A stretch of DNA of 64,000 nt from Rhizophagus irregularis (Eukaryota), in assembly GCF_026210795.1 (NCBI RefSeq), contig NC_089433.1, positions 1,798,001 through 1,862,000 on the forward strand, read 5' to 3'. Within the stretch, counting starts at the first letter, position 1, and each line of letters opens with the position of its first letter. Below are positions 1 through 13,179 of this stretch, piece after piece. Both the position numbers and the translations under genes were made by a program. The notes under the pieces were generated by a model. That model was not told the origin of the DNA and did no database searches. It worked only from the letters and a program-made list of their open reading frames with translations.

Positions 1-766
1 ATTAATACTTTTGTTTAATAAAAAAAATTTATTATATCTATATCTGACGCACGTCAGCCTGCATCTGACGTATAAATAATAGTACCGGGATATCGTCATG
101 TGACACTATTTGACATAGTCTGGACAATAAAAATTCCTTATTTTATTATGTTTTCACAAATATTTAGTTTTATATTTTTTAACAGATTTTTTAAAAATTG
201 TTTTTAACATTAGAAAAGAAAGAAAATTTTGTTGTAGTTGTACATAAAACGGTTGACGCAAGTAGACGCTATACTAACTAAATGATAGACTATACTACAT
301 ATAGAAGTAACTAACCCATAAAACGGTAAATAAATTAATGGGGCTGATCGCCACACAAGTCACGTGGAAAGAAAATTTGTTGGGAAGATCGCATATGTGG
401 TGAATAAATTATTAAATTTTATAACATTTATATCAAATCTGAATTAATGTATTTTGACATGGACAAATTAAAAAACCATTCAAATTGGATCTTTTTTTTT
501 GAAGATTGGTTTATTGATTTGCTACTACGTTTCGACACATTTAATCAATTAAAGTTGACAAAAATCATTATTGAAAATAATTTATAAAATATAAACGCGT
601 TTATTTTTTGATCTAAATATAAAGAAGCTGACTATAACGCGAAAAAGTATTATAACAGCCAATAAAAAAAATATTTATAACAGAAAAAAAGAAAAAAACA
701 AATAAAAATAACAAAAAGCTTCTTAAAATAAATTGATACTATCTTGTTATTAACTACAAGAAAATT

Positions 767-1084
767 TTACGCGCAAGACTTTGTGGTGCAAGAAGTTCCC
801 GAAGGGCAACAAGTACCATCACCGCAAGATACACCATAACTACCGCATCCATAGGGGTGACAGCATCCGACTGCACATGGAACTAATCCTTGGGACGAAC
901 ACGACTGTCTTTTCGTCAAACGGTGTGGACCACTTGTCCTTCCTTTTTCTTCCGGTCGTCTTTTATCTATGGAGTTCTCTTTAACTCTACTATTATCATC
1001 TCTTTTCCAAATAGAAGGTGTAGCAGAAGCGAATGCGATAAAAGCTACAATTAGAGCGAGTATTAGGATAAATTTTTTATTCAT
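767..1084 (-). CDS. Small secreted cysteine-rich protein (prepropeptide, candidate effector)
   Basis: Intact 105-aa ORF: hydrophobic signal peptide (MNKKFILILALIVAFIAFASA), three dibasic KR sites, C-terminal 46-aa region with 10 Cys including two CC pairs. Confidence 0.85.
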   Translation of the reverse strand: MNKKFILILALIVAFIAFASATPSIWKRDDNSRVKENSIDKRRPEEKGRTSGPHRLTKRQSCSSQGLVPCAVGCCHPYGCGSYGVSCGDGTCCPSGTSCTTKSCA

Positions 1085-1936
1085 GATTTTTGAAGATTAT
1101 TAAAGAATTAATGAGTTTTCGTAATTAAGGAGTTTCTTTATTTTTCGTTTTTTATTTTTTATTTTTGCGTGTTAGGAAAGGAAGAATAAAGCTTATTTAT
1201 AAAACATTTTACAATAGCAGACTCGTTAATGATTATTCTGTTGCGCATTCATTGTTTAAACACTTTTAGATCAAACATTTTGGAGTAACTGATTAAAATG
1301 GGGATATAAAGAAAGAAAAAAATTATTATCAAACAAATCTAAATCTCATTCACTTTAGACATAGTAAATGAAATGATCAAATAAGAAATATTATAAAGAC
1401 GAAGAAACACCACCAAACAAATTTAATGGTTCATGTATGAACATTTAATTGCGAAACATTACAAATCGCAAAGAGGAATCTTGTAATGATCAAAATAGAA
1501 TGCCATCAAACGAATTTATTGTCCCCCTGAATTTTTTTTTTCTTAAAACAGCAAAAATAAATTTTCCATTAAAGGTTTTATAATGAGATGACCAGATGAC
1601 CCGAATCAGGGGTAATGATCTTTTGTTACAGAAATCGATAATTGTTAAGTCGATCCGTTTTTTAAGAATGGTGCAGTTAATTTTCTGCGATTAAACCAGC
1701 CGGATGATCGGCAATCAGGAATTCGGCTCCGTTTTTCACCATTATCGTTTTTCGTTTTTTATATTCCGTCTTTTATATTCCATATTTTTTTTTATAAAAG
1801 GCAAGTCGAAGCGGACAAATCTGCACCTATTTCAACATGATGATAAATGATGTCACATGAATTCTTCGGTTTTCCCCGTTGCACAACAATCCAACAATTT
1901 CTTATTTTAGTTACTACGGTTCCCGTTCCCTAACTT

Positions 1937-2234
1937 CCCGGTCAAAATATGTATGACAAACATATTCTCTGAAAATTAAAAAACGGTATTTCATTATTTC
2001 TTTTCTTTTACGAGAATGTAGACACAAAAAGAATTTTTTGCAAGACATTAATATTAATAAATAGATTTATAATACTTAATAATATGGTACTTATTTTTAA
2101 AAAATAAATTTTTTTATTTTAATATTTTATATCAATATTATTATATTAAAAAATAATTATTTTTATTAAATATTTCTTTTCGAATCAAGAAAAGAAAATG
2201 TTTGTCATACATAATCATGCATATCTTGACCGGG
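1937..2234. mobile_element. Probable MITE (imperfect inverted termini)
   Basis: CCCGGTCAAAATATG-TATGACAAACAT at left mirrors ATGTTTGTCATA...CATATCTTGACCGGG at right; AT-rich interior; no clear TSD. Confidence 0.45.
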
Positions 2235-2899
2235 TCAAGAAAGTAATACGAGGTAATTTTTGCGTTCCCTAGTGTAGATATCATGGACAGTCAAGACGGA
2301 ACTTCAAAAACAATTACACTTAAAATACTTTGCATGGATAATTTTCGTTTTAATATATAAATTCTTTTATACACAGTCTTGATATAATGGAACATAAGTA
2401 AAGTCTTTGATATATCGGAATTGGGGTCTGGAATGGATTTATCATAATTTATAATTAATTTACCCTCGATATAACGGATTTTTGACAAATTTTACTAATG
2501 GAACGGATAGTTCCATTATATCGAATTTCACTGTGTATAAAGCGGGTTTGGTACGAAGTCAATCAGTTATAAAATTTTTAGTTCAAAGGACCAATATGTT
2601 TGTGAACATTTTAAATGACGCTTTTTTCAGTAACTATTTTTTTATCTGATCACTTCAGCTACAGCAACTGGAGATGAGACGGCCACGCTAGCAGACGACA
2701 TTAAAAAAAATATAAGATGAAAGATAATCGAGAAGGCGGGAACTTCTTTGACTTAATCGAAGAAAAGCTTGAGAAATGGGGAATGCCGGGTGGAGAAGCT
2801 GGTGAAGTTCGCTATGAAAAAAAGTTGAGGGCCTTTTCGTCTTACACAGTTTGAAGGAAGTGTTAACGAGATGTAGCATTGACTCCAATAGTACGGACA

Positions 2900-3370
2900 T
2901 CATCCCACAAACCCACGAAATTCAAGACCCCAACGAACGAACACTTCGAGCATTGTATGATAGAAATTTTAGTCAGTTATGGGTCTTTGGTCATATAGCT
3001 TGAAAGCCATGCGTAATGAGTACGTTTCGATCATCTTCACACGGTGGGAGATGCTACGAATAAGGAATTTAGTATGAGACCTGAATACGAAATAATTGGT
3101 GATGAAAGTTGCGGTGAGTTGATTATGCAATCAAGACATGGGAATCCCTCGTTAACATAGCTAATCCGGAATATAATATATCATAGCTAAAAAAATGTTT
3201 TCTTGAGGTGAGAATTTTTTTTTCTTATGTTAATTTTTCATCGACCACGAACTGTGAATAGTAAATAATCGTAGGTTTATTAAAGGACAGGGCATGTGCA
3301 GAAGATGACTCTCCCTCAAAGAAAAAAGCTAGAATAGAGGGTTATCGTTCGAAAAAAATAATCGTGTAAT
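2900..3370 (+). pseudogene. Frameshifted fragment of an expanded Glomeromycota family (Crinkler C-terminal/nuclease-like type)
   Basis: Manual translation across frameshifts gives LKAMRNEYVSII...DATNKEFSMRPEYEIIGDESCG.VDYAIK...VGLLKDRACAEDDSPSKKKARIEGYRSKK; family recognised from memory only. Confidence 0.5.
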
Positions 3371-3566
3371 ATTAGTCTGTAGATATAGAATAAAAATTTT
3401 CGTCATGTATCACGGGCAAAGTCCCAATCATTGTATTTATTTTTTGCGTACATTAATAAAAATTTTTTCTTGGCAAAAGTGATCGGGCGTTACAAATTAT
3501 AACATATATTTTTTTATTTTGAATGCTTACTTGACTTTGTCAAGGTTTTATAGATCATGTCATAGT

Positions 3567-3900
3567 GAATTATTGAGACAACGAGCTTAAAGATTGAGAA
3601 AGCTGAGATAGAGGCTAGAAATGTTGAGCTTCTAAAACAGATTATGGAAGAGAATGCCAAGCGTGATGCTGAGAATGCTCAACACAATCTAGTATCCGGG
3701 AGCTCGAGAGTATATACTCGCAATATTGGAGCAGGGCTCTTGCAGTAGATGTACAGGCACAGAACAATAAGTAAGTCATTGACCAAAACAATGCTGACAC
3801 CAAGTCACTGAAGGACAGGGAGCCCGATTGCAAAATAAATGACACCGGCTCAAAGTCATTAGAGGATAAGGAGGTGGTCACCTTCTTGGATGAGAGGTAC
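3567..3900 (+). pseudogene. Degenerate fragment of a repetitive coiled-coil hypothetical protein family
   Basis: Translates as KAEIEARNVELLKQIMEENAKRDAENA...SKSLEDKEVVTFLDE with stops/frameshifts. Confidence 0.4.
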
Positions 3901-4550
3901 ATGAGGAACTTTTAAACAAGAAAAGGCAGCTTGTGCGGCAAGATTAATTATGTGAGCCATGTATCTCACATGATTATTATCTATAGTAAAATCTATATTT
4001 CTCTTCTGACAAACCAATTCTAATATCTTCATTAAGGAATTATTATTGGAAGCGTTATCTATCGTATATGTTATAATTTATTATTTTTATATAACAGATA
4101 ATAAATTTGTAAATAAATAAATAATAAATAATGAAATAATGATGGCATAAATATACTTTGGTAAGATAGAATAATAACGAAATTACAGAAAGTTTATCAG
4201 AATCATATATATATATTAAACCAGTCAAAAACAATCTTAATTTCAAAAAGATAATTTACTTATTCATATATAAATTTGGAAATCTACACAATATTAAACC
4301 GACCATTATAAGCTTCCTGCATGATGTATTACTACTATTATTAAAAATATTTTTTAAATAGTAATTTAGTTGATATACTTTATTCCGTCACCCGATAGGC
4401 CATTTAACTTAAGTCCATAAAAATAATTTGAAATTTTATAAATAATAATAATCATAATTGTTATTTTAATAAAAGTTATTCTACAAAACTATACTAAATA
4501 ACCGTTCATGATTCATCCGTTATTAGCTGTACTGTTATTATTATTAAGAT

Positions 4551-5855
4551 TTAAGATTCTTCAACTATTTTTTCATTATTGAAATCCCAATTGTTTTGAC
4601 TTAGAGGTTCTTCAATTATTTCATCATTGTCAGAGAATGATGATCTTTTCTCATGTTGTTGAAGAAATTGAGATGGTGAATCGATTGTATCTATCGTTAA
4701 TAAGGAATTTGTTTTGATTTTTGTTGGCTTCTCTTGATTTCTTTTATTATTTCCTTGATTAGATTTGCCCTCAATGACTCGCACAATTTCAGCATCAGCG
4801 GTAATCACGTAAGATAAGAATATATTTATTAAACACTTTGCTGCAAATGTTACGGGACTTAAGCTTTGGCTCAAAATATAAAGATCTACAAAACCAAATG
4901 CATGAAAGATAAAAATCACGAATAAGCGTAAGAAATTCCAGTATATAACGGCAGTGAATATAGACCTTTTTGGGCGTCCCATATTTGTAGATAAACTTGC
5001 AACATTTTTATTAGCCTCTTTTAATATAAGAATTAAACGGACGGTCACATATATATCAATGAAAATTTCAACTAATATCTCAGTAATCGAATAATATCGT
5101 AAAGTGATAATATTGAGGTCACAAACTATTAAATTAATCTCGGAAATAGTTTGAAGTTCTGGTCTTTGTAAACCGAGTTGAGGGACCTTTTAATAAAGAA
5201 ATTAAATTTTTTTAGCAATTTTTAATTACAGTAAAAAAAAAATTAAGGATTTTACTTACTGCTAAGCAGGTTCTGATCACAAATAATATAATACCAATCC
5301 ATTTGTCTGTATTTTTATTATGTATTTGTTTTAAATGCCATAATAAGAAAGCTGTTAATGCCAACCTTATGCTAACATTACCGATGGCTGCCATGTATTG
5401 AAAAGATACGCATTGAGGTAGAGTGGCAATGTGAGGAGTCATATGTACGCCAAATACACTACCAAAACGCAATATATTGGCAAAATTTACAATTATTTTA
5501 AGAAAATTCGAAATTTTTGTCTCGCGAACTTTGTACAAAAATATCGAAACGATCATATTATGTAAACTTATCTGGAAAAAAAAATTACGTATATATTAAA
5601 ATTCTATATGTTGTACGTATAATTTGATTTACATTTACAGACTATACCGTATATCGTAGGAGATAATAGTAAAACCACAAATTTTGGTAACAAAGAATTT
5701 TGATAAAACATGTACAAAATTTATATAGAGAATACTATACTATTGCCTACGATATAAGGTACATTAGTGTATATATATATATAGCATAGATAGCTTACCA
5801 CCACGGTTATCCCAACAAAAACTCCAATATACGCTTGTTTCTGAAAATAATCCAT
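4551..5855 (-). CDS. Three-exon multi-pass (about 7 TM, GPCR-like) membrane protein, ~334 aa
   Basis: Exons 5855-5799, 5571-5260 and 5186-4551 join in frame through GT-AG introns (MDYFQKQAYIGVFVGITVV|ISLHNMIVS...RTCLA|VPQLGLQRP...); repeated hydrophobic segments, polar C-tail. Confidence 0.75.
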
Positions 5856-7228
5856 TTTTAAGACAATTAACAAGGACTGAATGAAATTTCGAAAAAAAAA
5901 TACTCCTAATAAATATGACATGTTTATATAAAATAATGAAAGAATAAAATCTTAATTTTCGATTTTCCGAATCCGTGGAACGACCGGTCAGTAATACAGA
6001 TAAATAAGTTGTGACATTACTTCCGAAAAGGAAATTAATTGTTTTTACTTTTTAGAATAATTTTTAGAAATCGGTTGATAATACAGAATGAAAAATATTA
6101 TTGCTAAAAAAAAAGTTATACAAACTAACAATGCTTATTAATATAATAGTATTTCTTTTTACGTTTTCGTTCTCAGTGACCAAAATCAGAATTTTTTTTT
6201 TAATTAATACAAACTAGGTTTAATATTTTTACTGCCTGGTGTGTTAAACCACCTGATGACCCGAACTTGATGTCTTGGCTGAATACATGTTGTTTTTTCG
6301 GTTAATAAAAAAGCCCGTTTATCATTTTATTGGTTTATTTCGGAGTCAGTTATTTTTATAAATTCCTTTTAGAGAAGCTGTTCAACTATAATATTATCAA
6401 GACAAAGAACGCACAGCAGCTATGTAACATTTGTTTATACGTACAAAGATATGATAATTTAAAATAACGGGAACTTTTAAATAAAAATGATAATTTACAG
6501 TACAGATTTCCATATAAAAATTGTGTTTTTTGGGCAAAATTTTTAGAGATCGGCACAATGCATTTAAGTCATTTGACCAATATTAAATAGTGCTCATATC
6601 ACGTGTTTTATAATTTATGTTTAATTTATCCATTTTTCATTTAATAATTTATTAACTTGGCATTCTGAACAATAAATTCAAATTTACTGTCCAGTTAAGT
6701 AAATAATCACTTTCACCACTTGGCTTATATTTAAATAATCATAAGTAAATGAGAATGATAGTACAATTTTACTAATAAAGAAATACTTACCAAATTCTGT
6801 TACCAAACATAAAGGAATAAAATTTGTAAAATATGTACTCTATTAACTAAAAATTATTCTAAGGTATCATCATTTTTATTATTTCCATTTGATTATATGA
6901 TATTTTATCAATTAACATAAAGCAACACAAAGTGATAAAAATGGTTTTTATAGTCCAGCCAGATCAGTTTTTGTTAAGTCTTAAAAAAAAAATTTTTTTA
7001 TATTGTTATTATACTAGGTAAGAATTTTTAAAAATTGAAAAAAATTTTCATATACAAAATTTTTGAAAAAAAAATTAAAAGCTAGGTTGCTGGATTATTG
7101 ACCATAAAATCAAATTTGTATGGCCTAATATATAACATTATTGCAAAATACAAGCTTAAATACCAGTTATATATAGCTTATAAGAAATTCTTTATTATTA
7201 AATAATTTTCTTGCATTTTAAAAATATA

Positions 7229-8135
7229 CAGTACTGGCAAAAAGTAATTAGAATTGCAAAAAAATGCAATAAATGAGAAACCAGCGATTGAAATTACTTT
7301 AAATTTTACAGATTTATTGCCAAATGGATTAATATTAAATGTATAAAATGTCAGCTTTTTATCTTATTTCCTTATCTTACAATTGATTTTTTTTTTCGAA
7401 AAAAAATCCATTAAAAATTTAAGCAAGGTAAAAATTTAATAAAGATTTTTAATATTGTCCTTAATCATTAACAATCAACATATATAATTATAATAAAAAA
7501 TTATAAACATAAAAATATATCTTTAATTGATTTATTGAAAAAATTTGGTTGTTACTTAATTATTAGTTAGTTTTTCATTAATGTTGACTTAAAAATTATT
7601 AAAATAAAATAAAATTTAAATATATTATACTTATTTTTTCAAATATTTTGAATATTATTAAACTAACATTAAAAAGTCTTTATTATAATCCTTTATAATT
7701 ATTGTAATTAAAATTTAATTTTTGAATTTTAGTTCTTTTTACTAAAATTAAAGATTAGGTTAGGTTGCGATCAATATAGTAAAGAAACTTTGATCTCAAT
7801 TTTCTCAATAACCAACAAATAAAAAAGTTTCAAATTTTTTTTAATAAAATTAGCTTAGTGTAAACTTTAATTTATAATCATTCAACATTTTTATGAATTT
7901 TAATTTGAATACTATAATTAGAATTTCAGATTTTTTATAAGTTAAATATTTTACAATTTTTTTTTTTGAATTAAAAAATCAATTGAGAAACAAAGAAATA
8001 AGATAAAAGGCTGATAATTTATATACATAATAATGACATATTTGGCAAAAACTCTATAAAATTTGAAGTAATTTTAATCATTGGTTTCTCATTTATCACA
8101 TTTTTTGCAATTCTGATTACTTTTTGCCAGTACTG
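7229..8135. mobile_element. Tc1/mariner-type MITE with long TIRs
   Basis: TA|CAGTACTGGCAAAAAGTAAT...ATTACTTTTTGCCAGTACTG|TA; inverted similarity extends well over 100 bp; TA TSD. Confidence 0.9.
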
Positions 8136-9114
8136 TATATAAAATAAAGATTATATTTATACAAATAAAAAATAAGCTGTTTTTAAATTAAGTTATGATA
8201 AATATAATTATGTAAAATTATTGATTGTTATTTGTTTAATATCCATTAAGTATTTTTTATTATAGTACTACTAATTTTTTAGTTTGCATTAAATAATTGC
8301 CATATTATTACCTTAAAACTTTTCTCAGGTAATGCAAATAATATTACTTTACAGACTATTAAGCCTAAAATCATTCAATTGATATTAAATATAATAATAG
8401 GTTTTTGCTCCATATTGTTGCATTTCTAAACATTTTGCTACTTAGCTATAAAAGCTAAATATTAGCAGTTAATTTGTTACTTAGATAAATTCATTTTGGC
8501 TTTCAAGAAGTTTATTTGAATTTTGCATTATAATAAAATAATAGATTGGAAAAAATCACAAGGCATTACCAATGCAAATAAAAGTTCTAGTACTAATTAT
8601 TTTTTCAAGTAAATCTCTGATTAGCCAAATTTTAATGAATAATCAATAGAGTTTGGAAACAGATGCACCATCTGGTTTTTAAACTAGTTTCACCCATTTT
8701 TTTTACAATTCGGTTCAATCCGGATTCATGCTGCAAAAACCAGTTTGTGTTTAAAGCAAGTGCAACCGGATGCTCAACCCAGTGTGATATCAAAACTTTA
8801 TAGTGTTGGCCCAAATTACGAAATTATAAATCACATGATACTGGGTAAATAGTTTAGCCACCAGGATTTTATCAGTTATAGAAAATTAAATTCTGGAATT
8901 ATATTACACAAATTTTGTAATTCTGGCTGAAATTATAAATTCGGCCAATTATATGCCGATCGTATTTAATTCTGGCCAAAATTACAGTGTACTGTACACT
9001 TGACAAATTCATGCGGGTTGTCAGTAAATAGAATTTTGTAATTTGTCACATGTCCCGTACATTTTGAAATCAGTGTAAGCCTGATGCAAAATGGAAACTC
9101 TAATCCAGGATGTA

Positions 9115-9270
9115 GATAGGACCCCGAACAATATATATATAGGTCAGATAAAAAATTCAAAATTTACTAAGGTCAATAAGCAAATATTTTTCATGTCTGC
9201 TAAGCAAACTTTTATCTAACCCATAAATTTTTTACACTGCTAAGCAATTTATTTTATGACATATATATAT
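9115..9270 (+). mobile_element. Solo truncated terminus related to the TIRs of the 51430-53972 element
   Basis: GATAGGACCCCGAACAATATATATATAGGTCAG...TAAGCAA...TTTTATGACAT resembles the reverse complement of 53821-53969. Confidence 0.45.
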
Positions 9271-10013
9271 TTATATATAATTTTTTTTATAAAATATATA
9301 TATAAAAAAAACTAAAAAAACAAAAATTTTTGAAATAATGTATGGATAAAGCTATTATTATTTTTTTGTAATATTACAACTTATAAATATTTCTTATTAA
9401 TATTTCGTATATCTGTTCTGTGACTTTAGAGCGTAATTTAGGCACTTTAGTCAAAGGAAACATCTAAAATCTTCTTAAGTAAAGTTGTTCAGCAGATTCG
9501 AATCTACTTATATATAAATTTTTATCATGATTGAATAAATATTTATGGATTTATTCATGTTTTTGTAACGCCACCAATACGCGGAATTTTTATTTTTAAA
9601 ATTTACTGTAAAATTTGTCAAAAAAAATATTTTTAAAAAATTTTCTAAGTAAGAATAATGAAATAACTTTTATTGATTATTACAAAAATTATAGTGTAAA
9701 ATTATAAAAAACAGCAAAACACTTATTTTTTCCTTTCCACCCACCCGTTGCTCTTATTTTCAATATATATTTTTACTGTTACATGAACGCATGTATGATT
9801 TATAATTTTAATGTTATGCGGATACGTATTTGTTTTATCAAAAACATGTTACATGATCACGTCTAAAAATGATTCCTGTATTATGTATACAATTAACTTA
9901 TTCTTTGTATTAAAAATAGTAAATTTTTTTTACACAAACATGTTTATAACTTTGTTTACATATTTTATTAGATTTTTTTAATGTGAAAATGTAAATATAT
10001 ATTATATTATATA

Positions 10014-10911
10014 CAGTCAACTCCCTCTATAGTTACTCCCATTATAGTCACATTCTACTATATAGTCACACCAGTTGAATGTTCAAAACACTTTATTATT
10101 AAAATCTATCCTATATAGTCACAATCTATCTAAAAATCTTATATTAAAAAGAACCGTTTATAATCACAGTTATATAAAGAATATATTAAATAACTTGGCA
10201 TCTAATAATCGTACAAAGATGTATCATAGCTTGTTAGAATCGTCTCACTGAGACGAATCGAATGGTGGTAGTTTTATCCTTTTCCGATCACTGGCTGACG
10301 AGTTATTCAACAAAATGTTAAATATCGGCATTATAATATTTCTTGATTTACGTTTACTGCGCCATTTAACATTTTGCTAGATTTCTCAGTACCTAGTGAT
10401 TATAAAAAGACGATTTATAGCTCGTTGGAATCGCCTCATCGAGACGAATCGAATGGTGGTAAGCTCATCTCTCTGTGATCAATATTGATGGAGTTATTAC
10501 TTAAAAACTATTTAATATTTTTTTAATTTCATAAATTGATCTAGTGATTGGATTTCGATGTATCTTATACATTAGATTCGTCTCATCAAGACGAATCGAA
10601 TGGTAGTAAGATCGTCTTTCTAGGATCAATATTGGCAGAGTTATTACACAAAAACCATTAATATTTTTTTAATTTCGGAAATTAATCTAGTGATTGGATT
10701 TCGATGTATTTTATACCATTAGAACCGTCTCATCAAGACGAATCGAATGGCAGTAAGATCATCTCTCTACGATTGATATTGGCGAAGTTACGATACAATA
10801 AAGTTTTAAGTATAATTCTGGCTAAAATTATGTTAATTTTTGGCCGGAATTATGATATACAAATATAAGAAATTTTTTATATAGTCACATCTCTTTATAA
10901 TCACCAAATAA
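10014..10911. mobile_element. Tc1/pogo-type non-autonomous element hosting the LINE array; matching right TIR not found in window
   Basis: TA|CAGTCAACTCCCTCTATAGT terminus; repeated TATAGTCAC/TATAATCAC motifs at 10030-10150 and again at 10880-10905; four internal repeats with core CGTCTCATCRAGACGAATCGAATGGT near 10241, 10431, 10579, 10726. Confidence 0.7.
10897..10911 (+). repeat. 15-bp target/TSD ATAATCACCAAATAA (also 18917-18931, 29854-29868, 44926-44940, 45823-45837)
   Basis: Five identical copies, one in front of every unit of the array. Confidence 0.95.
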
Positions 10912-11054
10912 GGAGGATCATCGCAACTCTTTCCTGAATTTTTGAAAATACTAATAAAAATTTATTTTTGAAATTTTCGTTCGAAAATTTCTAAGTGCTC
11001 GTTCAAAATACTAATATTTCCACAGTTGCTTTCCTCTTTACTGAGCTTTATACT

Positions 11055-13179
11055 ATGACTACACCTCCAGCTCCTTCTGTTATTAACCCGGATATTCCGC
11101 CGCCACCGCGTCCTGTTGCTTCAACTCCCTCTGGAGACCGACCTTTATCTCCTACTAATACCGCTGGCGCGCCTAACAAACGTTCACGCGTTGTTTCTGA
11201 TGACGCTATGAATGTTGATATAACTTCACCTTCTGCTTCGGCTCCCAACCTTACTTCCACCGCTCCTTCAGGTCTTCCTGTCAACAAAGTCCAAGTGCTT
11301 ACATCTCCTCAAAATACTACCACTCCTGTTGAAACTGTTGACGCTTCTATCCATGCTCCCTCTAACACCAGCGGTAAAGGCAAAGCTGTCGCCTTTCGAT
11401 ATTCCAGAACGACGACCATCCCCCGATGGTAATGCTGCCGCTATAAAATCCGCCCCATCTCGTTATTATGCTGCGGCATATTTACGCGACGCGCCTGTCG
11501 CGTTCAAGACTAAATTTTCCACCAATCGCTCCATGTGTGACGAAGTGGATTGCTCACTCTCCCGATATTCCTCATATGGCACCCGCGCACGTTGTGATGG
11601 ATCAGGCGATAACAAGAAAATCCTTGTCTTCTTTTTTGATCAACAGGATTTTACCGATTGTGTCAGCTCCCCACGTGCCAATCTTCTTGATTTGGCCTTT
11701 AGTCATTACTCCCCTGCTGACGCCAAACTCAGTGATAAAATGAAGTCTTTGTTCGTCACTGATATCCCACTTTTCCTTACTGAGACTCAAGTCCGTCAGG
11801 CATTTTCCCGATATGGCACTGTAATTAAGTGTAAACTTACTCCTAGAAAGCATTACTACAATGGCCATATCCAGTTCTCCTCCGCGGATGCAGTTACCCA
11901 ATTCAATGATATCTGGGCGATCATTTGCCTTGGTAATTCTTTACGTGTCTGCCCGGCATCTTTCTCAAAAGCCCAACGTGATAGCTGCAGAGAACATGTT
12001 GCTATCCTTGCCGGCATCCCTAAGAATATTAAAGAAGCTGATCTGTTAGAAATCGCTACTCAAGTCAACGCTAAGGCCCTTAACGTCCCTTTGTCTATCA
12101 GTTCCTACAAACCTAAACCTTATGTATATTTGAATTTCTCCTCATTTGAATCCCTTGAAGCTGCCAAAGAAATGACCGTGGCTTTCCGCGGCAAAGGATT
12201 AACATGGCACCCTCCCAATGAAGCACAAACTTTATGCCATGTCTGTGGGCGTCCTGGTTGTTCTCCCTCTGTATGTAATCCACGTCCTACTGGAAAGCTG
12301 GACGATCGCCTTAACAAACTTTATTCTCGTTTTAATGCTGGACCTAGACGTGGTCGTCAGGATTCGCGCCAATCACGTGACAATTCCACTTCCCGTTCAA
12401 GATCGCGTTCCAACTCTAGATCCCGCAATAATAATTCCTCTTCATCCCGTTCCAACAACAACAATAATACTTCTAACACTTCTCGTCCCAATACTTCTCA
12501 AAATAACAACCGGAACAATACTAATACTAATAATCATAGGAACAATAAAAATTCTTCCGGTTCTACTCAACCTCCACACCAACCTCATTCTGTCAATTCT
12601 ACATCACCTACTTCTCCATCGGATAATTCTGCCCTTATGCTTCCTCAACATATTATTGATGAATTAAAGGCGCAGATTAAAGAGAATCGCCACTACCCTT
12701 AAATCTCTTGACGATACTGTCTCCTGGATGCAGGATACTATCACGAATCATGATTATAGAATTTCTGAGCTTGAATCAATGATGAATTATGATTGCGGTA
12801 ATCCCGGTGACTCAAATTTGTACCCACCTCACTGACGATCAAGAAACTCATTCCTATAATCATGGATGGGATGATACTCCAACCCAAGACACGAATTCTG
12901 GATTCAATCTTCCTCCCAATACCTCTTCTTCTCTTATGGACGTCTCTCCTGATGCTTCCTTCTCAGCCCTAGATCCTAGCTCCATCCTATCAAGACGACA
13001 TGTTCCCTTACCTGTCTCCCGACCCACTATTACCACTCCTGATGCTAACGCTTCTTCGTTTGCAATCAGAAATTTTTAATGTTACTACTACACAAAAGAA
13101 TCTTTCTGCTCAACTTGGTTCGATTATGGAAAAATTGGACTCCTTCTCTCCTTCAAAACCTTCCCCTTCCAATGATTGA
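11055..13179 (+). pseudogene. LINE ORF1 (two RRM-like domains, zinc knuckle, S/R/N-rich region, coiled coil), with small indels
   Basis: ORF pieces 10995-11432, 11329-12702 and 12789-13079 align with the continuous copy-2 ORF1; motifs SLFVTDIP...GHIQF, YVYLNF, CHVCGRPGCSPSVC. Confidence 0.85.

Noticed and set aside
2380..2533. pogo-like MITE
   Set aside because: Only a right-end-like motif (CCATTATATCGAATTTCACTG) with no partner TIR or TSD.
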